DNA of 62,736 nt, counting the filler, from Platydemus manokwari (Eukaryota), in the NCBI GenBank assembly GCA_037951405.1. It is 5 parts of 5 records of this genome, joined end to end, with 100 filler letters (N's around TTAATTAATTAA, not from the genome) between each part and the next. Parts side by side here need not be neighbours in the genome. Positions count along the whole stretch, not along the records: positions 52,534 to 62,736 come from JBBMOY011158549.1; 4 more parts are not named here. One strand, written 5' to 3'. How positions within the stretch are numbered: position 1 is the stretch's first letter; each line of letters opens with the position of its first letter. Below are positions 56,258 to 62,736 of the stretch, piece by piece. Under the pieces are notes generated by a model. The model saw nothing but the letters and a program-made list of their open reading frames with translations. It did not search any database and was not told where the DNA came from. The position numbers were made by a program, and so were the translations under genes.

Positions 56258-59200
56258 TGATTTTTCAAACCATAACAACAACATACACATCAATCAATAG
56301 TGATGCATTGGTGTTTGTAAACACATGATCTATTGATTTGTCTAGCTAGACTACAAAATTCAAGCAATTTAATGATAATTTATTGTATTGGTAATTTTTA
56401 TTGTGTTTATAATCAATACGTGCAATTAACGCGCAATTTGCAAAATATATTTCAAATGATTTGGATTTTATTGTAAAAAAACTATGAATAAATTCTGCAA
56501 CCGCAACTCTCATTCGATTTAGAAAAACAATGTCTCCTCCATGAAACAATAAATTAAGAGATTACAGGTTGCACATCTTGACATTGGTTATGCTAATTTT
56601 GATGTATAGCTTAAGCAGTTTTAACAAAATGTGATAAATCAATTGTAAATTTATGTAAATTTTTGAATTTCATTGTAAACATTACATTCTCGAAAGGACT
56701 TTATTTTCATTTTACATTTAAATTACAAATCAGTCGTATGTAAAGCATTTATAAATTATTTTTAATTTTCTTTTTTTTCGATTTTTTTACCATTTTTGTG
56801 GAGAAAATGTTGATATTTGGTAATTTTTAAACCTTTTTGTTAATACAATATTTATTCCGACAAATGGTTTTACGATTTAATAGTTTTTAAGCCGAATGTT
56901 TGTCGAAATATAAATAGAAGTGACCAAAGTTCGTTGCGAAAATGAATTTGGAAGGTTTAAGACGAGGATATATTTGAAATGTAACAAAAATGAAACTTCT
57001 ATGTTGGGTGATTGGTGAATTAATAATATTATTGATTAAAATCCTTCATTTAAAATCCTTTAGTGCAAATCATTCAAATTATTACCAACAGTTATGAAGT
57101 TATACATTCGATAACTATTTGGTGTGAACTTCAGTATGTTTTTTCGAATGAATTTTTGTTTTTAAACATGGCATTTATTCAAAAAATTCGATATATCATG
57201 GTTATTTGTCACGATTACGTAACAAATGTGAGTTTCTCAATTTATTCTGATCAGTTTCAAATTTTGTTAGGTCGATTTATTTTATATTAGTATTGGCTTG
57301 AATTTCAAAAATTTATTTATGATAGTAATATGGAGAACAAAATGTAAATCGATATTAAGTTTAATAATTCTTTTTTTGCAAAATGGGTTTCTACTTGAGT
57401 CTGCATCTGACAATTAGTATTGATAGCTTTTCAACCAAAATCTTATAAAAAAGACATTTTGTTAGAACTTTTCTTTTTCGTTAGCCCAGTGCTTGATTCA
57501 CTTAATAATAATACTGGAGACTCCTTGAGTCTGATATAAATCTGATTGGTCGGTAGAATTATGTAGAAATCAATAGAAAATCTGCACTGTATTTATTTCA
57601 GCAATTATTAAATTACCATTTTAATTATAGTTGAAATCTGTTGATAATTCATATATCAGGAAAAATATTGATATTTACGTAGATTGGATTTTAAGAATTT
57701 TAAAAAATTAATTAAAAACTAAACGAAGCATCTTATAACTAGTGACAATTATTCGAACTAGAACTAGCAATTTATCGTTTTTTGTAAATTGTAATTCTGT
57801 TTATTGTATTATATTTAATATATTTTTCCTATCAATCCAGCCAATGAAATTTAACCACATTTTTCCAAACAATATGAGAGATTCCAAAATAATGCAATTT
57901 TAATTTTTCTAGTGATATTAAACGAGTTGATATTGAAGGAAATGAATATATAATAGACGATAACTAGATTTTCTATTCGAGTGATATTATGAAAGTATTA
58001 ATATTCATCAAGCTCGACTGGATATGAATACTTCCGAAACTACTTAATATCCAATAACATATTTGTTTAACTGTGCCAGTGAAGCGACAGGTAAATATAA
58101 TGTAAATTACCACAATTTTCGTGAATAGTTATTCAATTTAAATTACCAAATTGATAATGATATTATCTTACAAGGTCACTGAGTGGAATAATTTAACCTG
58201 AGTTCATATTTGCCATGATTCGGAACATCTGTATTCATTTATTTTACGAATGGAATATTAAAATAACGATATTCTTAGATTCTCAGATATAATCGGTAAA
58301 TACTATAATATCATACTAAGATCTGTTTGATGGGGTAATAGTAGATTTGGGTTGAATAGAAATAAAATCGTAACACAAGCGGTTGACATTCATTATTCTA
58401 GTTGTATACATATACTTGTTAAGCTTATAATCATTGTTTTGTTGTTGATAATGAAAATCTGAAATTTAAAAAACCTGATAAAATTTTTGGTCATTTGAAT
58501 AGATTTTATGATTACACTTTGGTGTATGCCGCTGGTGGTTTGATTAATGAGATTGGTTTTAAATTTAAACAGTATTGCTATTGTCATTTTTCTATTTCTT
58601 TCATCGGTGAAAATCGAAAGATTGAGGTTTAAAAAATTGTTCAGGATTGTCTGACAATAAATGAAGTGTAGTTCCGGCTTGTTTGTTAATGATGATCAAC
58701 CGATATCAATTAGTAGTATTAATATTTTAATTCCGTATAATAATTGTTAGCTCTGGATTTATGAAAGATTTATTAATCTTTAAACTTATCCGAAATTGTT
58801 ATGAACTATTTTTATAAAAATTTGGTTAAAGTTAAAAAAGGGGTCCTAAAATTAAATTTTAAATTTGTTGAGTGTATTGCAAAAATCTATATAGTTTATT
58901 TAATTTAAAAGTATTTTGAATTTTTTATTTAAGTTCTAAAGAAGAATTTTAGCTGTTTGAAATCAAATATTAAATACACTAGAGCTTTAAAATTTGATTT
59001 TTTGAAAAAGGGATCAAAGTAGGTCGAATTGAAATTTATTGAAAATTAGCAAACACCCTTTTTAACATTAGAAGCAAATTGAGAGATTCTCAATTTTTAC
59101 AATTATTTTATAAAAATAAGCGATGATATTATTAAACATATCTGTAATTAACTAACTCGATTTATAATAAAAATAATTAAATTTATAACTCAAATATTCA

Positions 59201-62200
59201 TGTAGCATTGTTGTGATTAGAATAGGAATTTTTTTAAAATTATGTTTTGTCCCTATTATACATAAGAAAAAGTGAGATGTTAACTGAATTATGCGAAAAT
59301 ATTAAACATAGCAAATATATAAGAAATTAATCTATAAAATTATCTCATGGGAGAAAATTAATTATTACGAAAGTAGGTCAAAGGACCATTTTTTTTAACT
59401 TAAGCCAAAATTTTAAGAAAAGCCTTTAAATCAATTTGAATACGGAAAAAGTTTAAACAAGTTATTTGGCATCTCAGTTAAATTTAGTGTGTGTTTTACT
59501 TATATTTTGTAATACATTGAACACCACCTGTACTTTAAATTTGTGCTGATAATATTGAAAGTAATCTAAGTCCAAAAATTATTAAGAAGTGATAAATGCC
59601 TTGGCTCATCTAACTGAAGAGTTAATTTGCAATATTGAAGGTTGAATAATTTAGTATTTTTTAATATTGTACTGTGCTGCCTAATGAAACCTTTAAAACT
59701 TGATGATTTATTGAAAAAATAAATTGAATTGCTTATTGAGAAGTTAATATTTTTAAATTTTATTCCTAGAAAAACCCTTAATATTGCGAAGTCATAAATA
59801 CATGAATTAGTAAATTTTGTACAAGTAAGGTCAGATTTCGTGTGATCAGATATCGTATTTCAATCTAACCAATACCTCAATAATCAATTATTTACAATGA
59901 AATCACTCTAAAAACCGGCAAACAAATATACTACGTATTTCGCTACGAACTTTCTAGTGATTGTGATCGAGTTGTTGATGAACATGTAATGTGCTTTAAC
60001 AAATACCCTTTATTTTCTGAAATAATGTCTGTAATAAATAACTACAAAAGGTGATTGTCTAGAAATGAAATAATAATGAATTCAAACCCAATGATGGATA
60101 ACATATTGCACAATAGGATTCGAAATTGTTAAGGCGTAAAAAGATTTCATGAAAATCTATTTGTGTTCTGTCGATCAGTGTGTCAGAAGTCATAGATATT
60201 AATATCAATTATTAGAATTAATTTCAATAAATGCGCACAAACCAATGAAAAAATAATATTGATTATGCCATTATTTGCGATGAATGCTTTGGCATGGAAT
60301 CAATATATGGAATCACACAAATCCTAAGCCCTAAGTAATGATGGCATTTAATATTTGTTGTATATAGGTTCGGATTCATCAATGAAAGAATTAAAGATTG
60401 GTACTACCAGCGACTAATGGTTAATAAGGCCTCTTTAATCAAATATCAATCGCCTGCCAACTGGCGATTTCACACCAGTTTAAACAGAAAACTCTTTTAC
60501 TCTTAATAATTATTATTAATTAATATTTTTTTGAAGTTATGCTTTGTTGACTGAGCCGTAAGCATAAAAGAAAATACTTAAAATATTTGGATATTTATAC
60601 TCGGGCAAATTCTAAAATGATTTGATGATACAATATGTATTACAAATAAAATTTCGAGTATATCAAGGGATCAACAGTTAATATATCATTTTAGATTTGA
60701 CATTTTCCAACGATGAAGCACTTTATTTGTTTTACTAATTCTTAACTTAATTAAATAGATCGATTGAATTTATCCATAATTTTCGATGGGGAATTTTTAA
60801 ATATATTCGAAATATAGAGAATGTCTCACTTTTGGTATGCTATTTTTTTCAATTAACTATAACGTGTGGAATTATTTTGACTTTAGAATCACATAAACGA
60901 TTAAAATTGGTTCTAAGATTTTTCATATTTTATTGAGTTTTTCTTAATAAAATAAAATTGTGATTTTTGTGTTGAGAATATTCTAGAATTATTTGTTTAA
61001 ATGAATCAATTTAATAACGTGTGCAGGAATATTATAAAAGACCCCATTTTTGACAATTGCCAGTCTTTTTTGCTCAGTGACTTTTGTGTGATTTTTCCGA
61101 CAATCAATCTTCCTGGTTGTCTTCTGCTCTGTATTCAACTTTCTCGTGGTGACCCTGTCTTGAGTGATTAACTATTGTTGTTGTAGTGCGATTTTTAATT
61201 GTAATTGATGATGACGAATTAAGTGTGTAATTCTTTGTAATTCAGATTATAATTTTCAGCTTCCAGTGTTTGTTAATAATCTAGCAATATTTTAGCAAGA
61301 CTTCATTATTAAACTTAGTTTTTTGAAAAAATGGCAACTTTTGTGTATGGCTTCATTTCCAGTATTTATGCAGTAATCTAGCACTACAATATCATGGAAT
61401 TATGATTTGGACGATTTTAACATTATCAATGAACGAATCAATCTTCCATCGGCGCCGTATTTATCGTTAATCATTTCAATATATTCATTCGTTTATACTT
61501 TTGATCGTTTTTATCTAATCCACTTAAAATCGATCAAAAATGTGAAGTACATGGAATAAAATAATATTAATTTTAGTGTTCTTTTCACTTCATTTATACT
61601 ATTTATCAAGTAATGTTGTAAAATATTCATTTGATCGAATTTTCAACCCAACTGACATGAAACAAATCAATAAAATTGTTTTAATTCAGCTACTTACAAA
61701 AATAAGTAATTAAGGTTTAATATTTTTATGTCTAAAATTTTCAGTTACTATTTGTTGTGATTTGTTTAATAAATATACTGGATTGTTGTTTTAGTATTCT
61801 TATGACAATGGACGTTTGTTTTTTACTGTTTTTAAATCGATTACTTCAATTTCAAAATGAAAAATTAATCTCATAATATGATTGGATCAATTTTTTGAAG
61901 AGCTAATCATGAAAAAATTCAAAATATTTAAATATTTTGATAAAAATTTAATTTTACTAATTAATTTTTTTTCTTTATCTATGATAATCATGTTTAAATT
62001 TTACTGAAATAATTCATAAAACGAGTTCCCGGGCTTGATTTTATCGAAACAGTTAGTTTATTATTATTAGAAATGAAATGAGATTTGTTTCTTGGTTAAA
62101 GAATTGCTGGTAAAACTGTGCTTTCGAATAATTTGTTTATCACATATTCATCTGTAGAAATTCGCACGATCTGTTTGTGCTGTTATTTCATTTGTTGATC

Positions 62201-62588
62201 AGGATTCGGTTAGATAAACGGTGAAACCATTTGATTACATTTGTCGGATTTCATGGTCATTGAAAAAGTTGATATTTTTATCGATTCATGTAAAAAATGA
62301 AAACGAAATATTATCAAATACGTTTTTATAAAATCACGGCAATTTTTGATCCATGTTTGTGACATCAAACATTGAACTGGTTAACGAATTGATTATCGTT
62401 GGATGATTAGAAATATGTCGAGACAATTTAATTTTTTCCTGGGTTAGACTCTGTCGAATTTCTCCTCTATGTTGTTTGGGTAATTCGGATTGTCTGCTTT
62501 CAACAATTTATAATTCCATGAAGTGTAATCATTTTATGTTATTTTTGTAAAATAATGAATTCTTATGATCTAATAATATCCTAGTAAA

Positions 62589-62622
62589 TATTAGGTTGTC
62601 CCATATGAAATGTCCGATTTTT
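62589..62622 (+). mobile_element. Probable left TIR of a mariner element extending beyond the window
   Basis: TA followed by TTAGGTTGTCCCATATGAAATGTCCGATTTT, a typical mariner TTAGGTTG terminus. Confidence 0.45.
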
Positions 62623-62736
62623 ATATATTGAACTTTAAATCAAAATTTTTTAAAAACTGCTTAACATATACTTTGTTTTAATGTTTTATTTGATAGATAT
62701 TTAGTGGTATATTCAAATTTCTTATTAAGTAAATTA

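Overview
Very AT-rich, intron-containing eukaryotic DNA, probably a planarian flatworm (inferred from composition, short introns and gene content; not proven). Four artificial 100-bp spacers (N44-TTAATTAATTAA-N44) and one ordinary N gap break the window, so adjacency across them is not guaranteed. I could build six protein-coding genes by hand: (1) a CDKL1-like kinase, 7 exons at 3767-8803, first exon not found; (2) an 8-exon talin-rod-like (R11-R12) gene at 30523-41660 that lacks the talin I/LWEQ end and instead finishes with an SPRKVSF tail; (3) intronless BCAS2/SPF27 at 44543-45187; (4) a La-motif protein on the minus strand at 49126-50344; (5) a 333-aa orphan with a possible KH-like C-terminus immediately upstream of it; (6) an ARM-TIR protein starting at 53810 that keeps the TIR NADase catalytic Glu. 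The rest is mostly decayed transposons (Ty3/gypsy, a solo LTR, mariner/Tc1 remnants) and micro/minisatellites. The best candidates for new biology are the ARM-TIR protein, the truncated talin-rod protein with a PP1-docking motif, and the tightly packed pair of putative RNA-binding genes. All homology calls come from motif recognition, not database searches.
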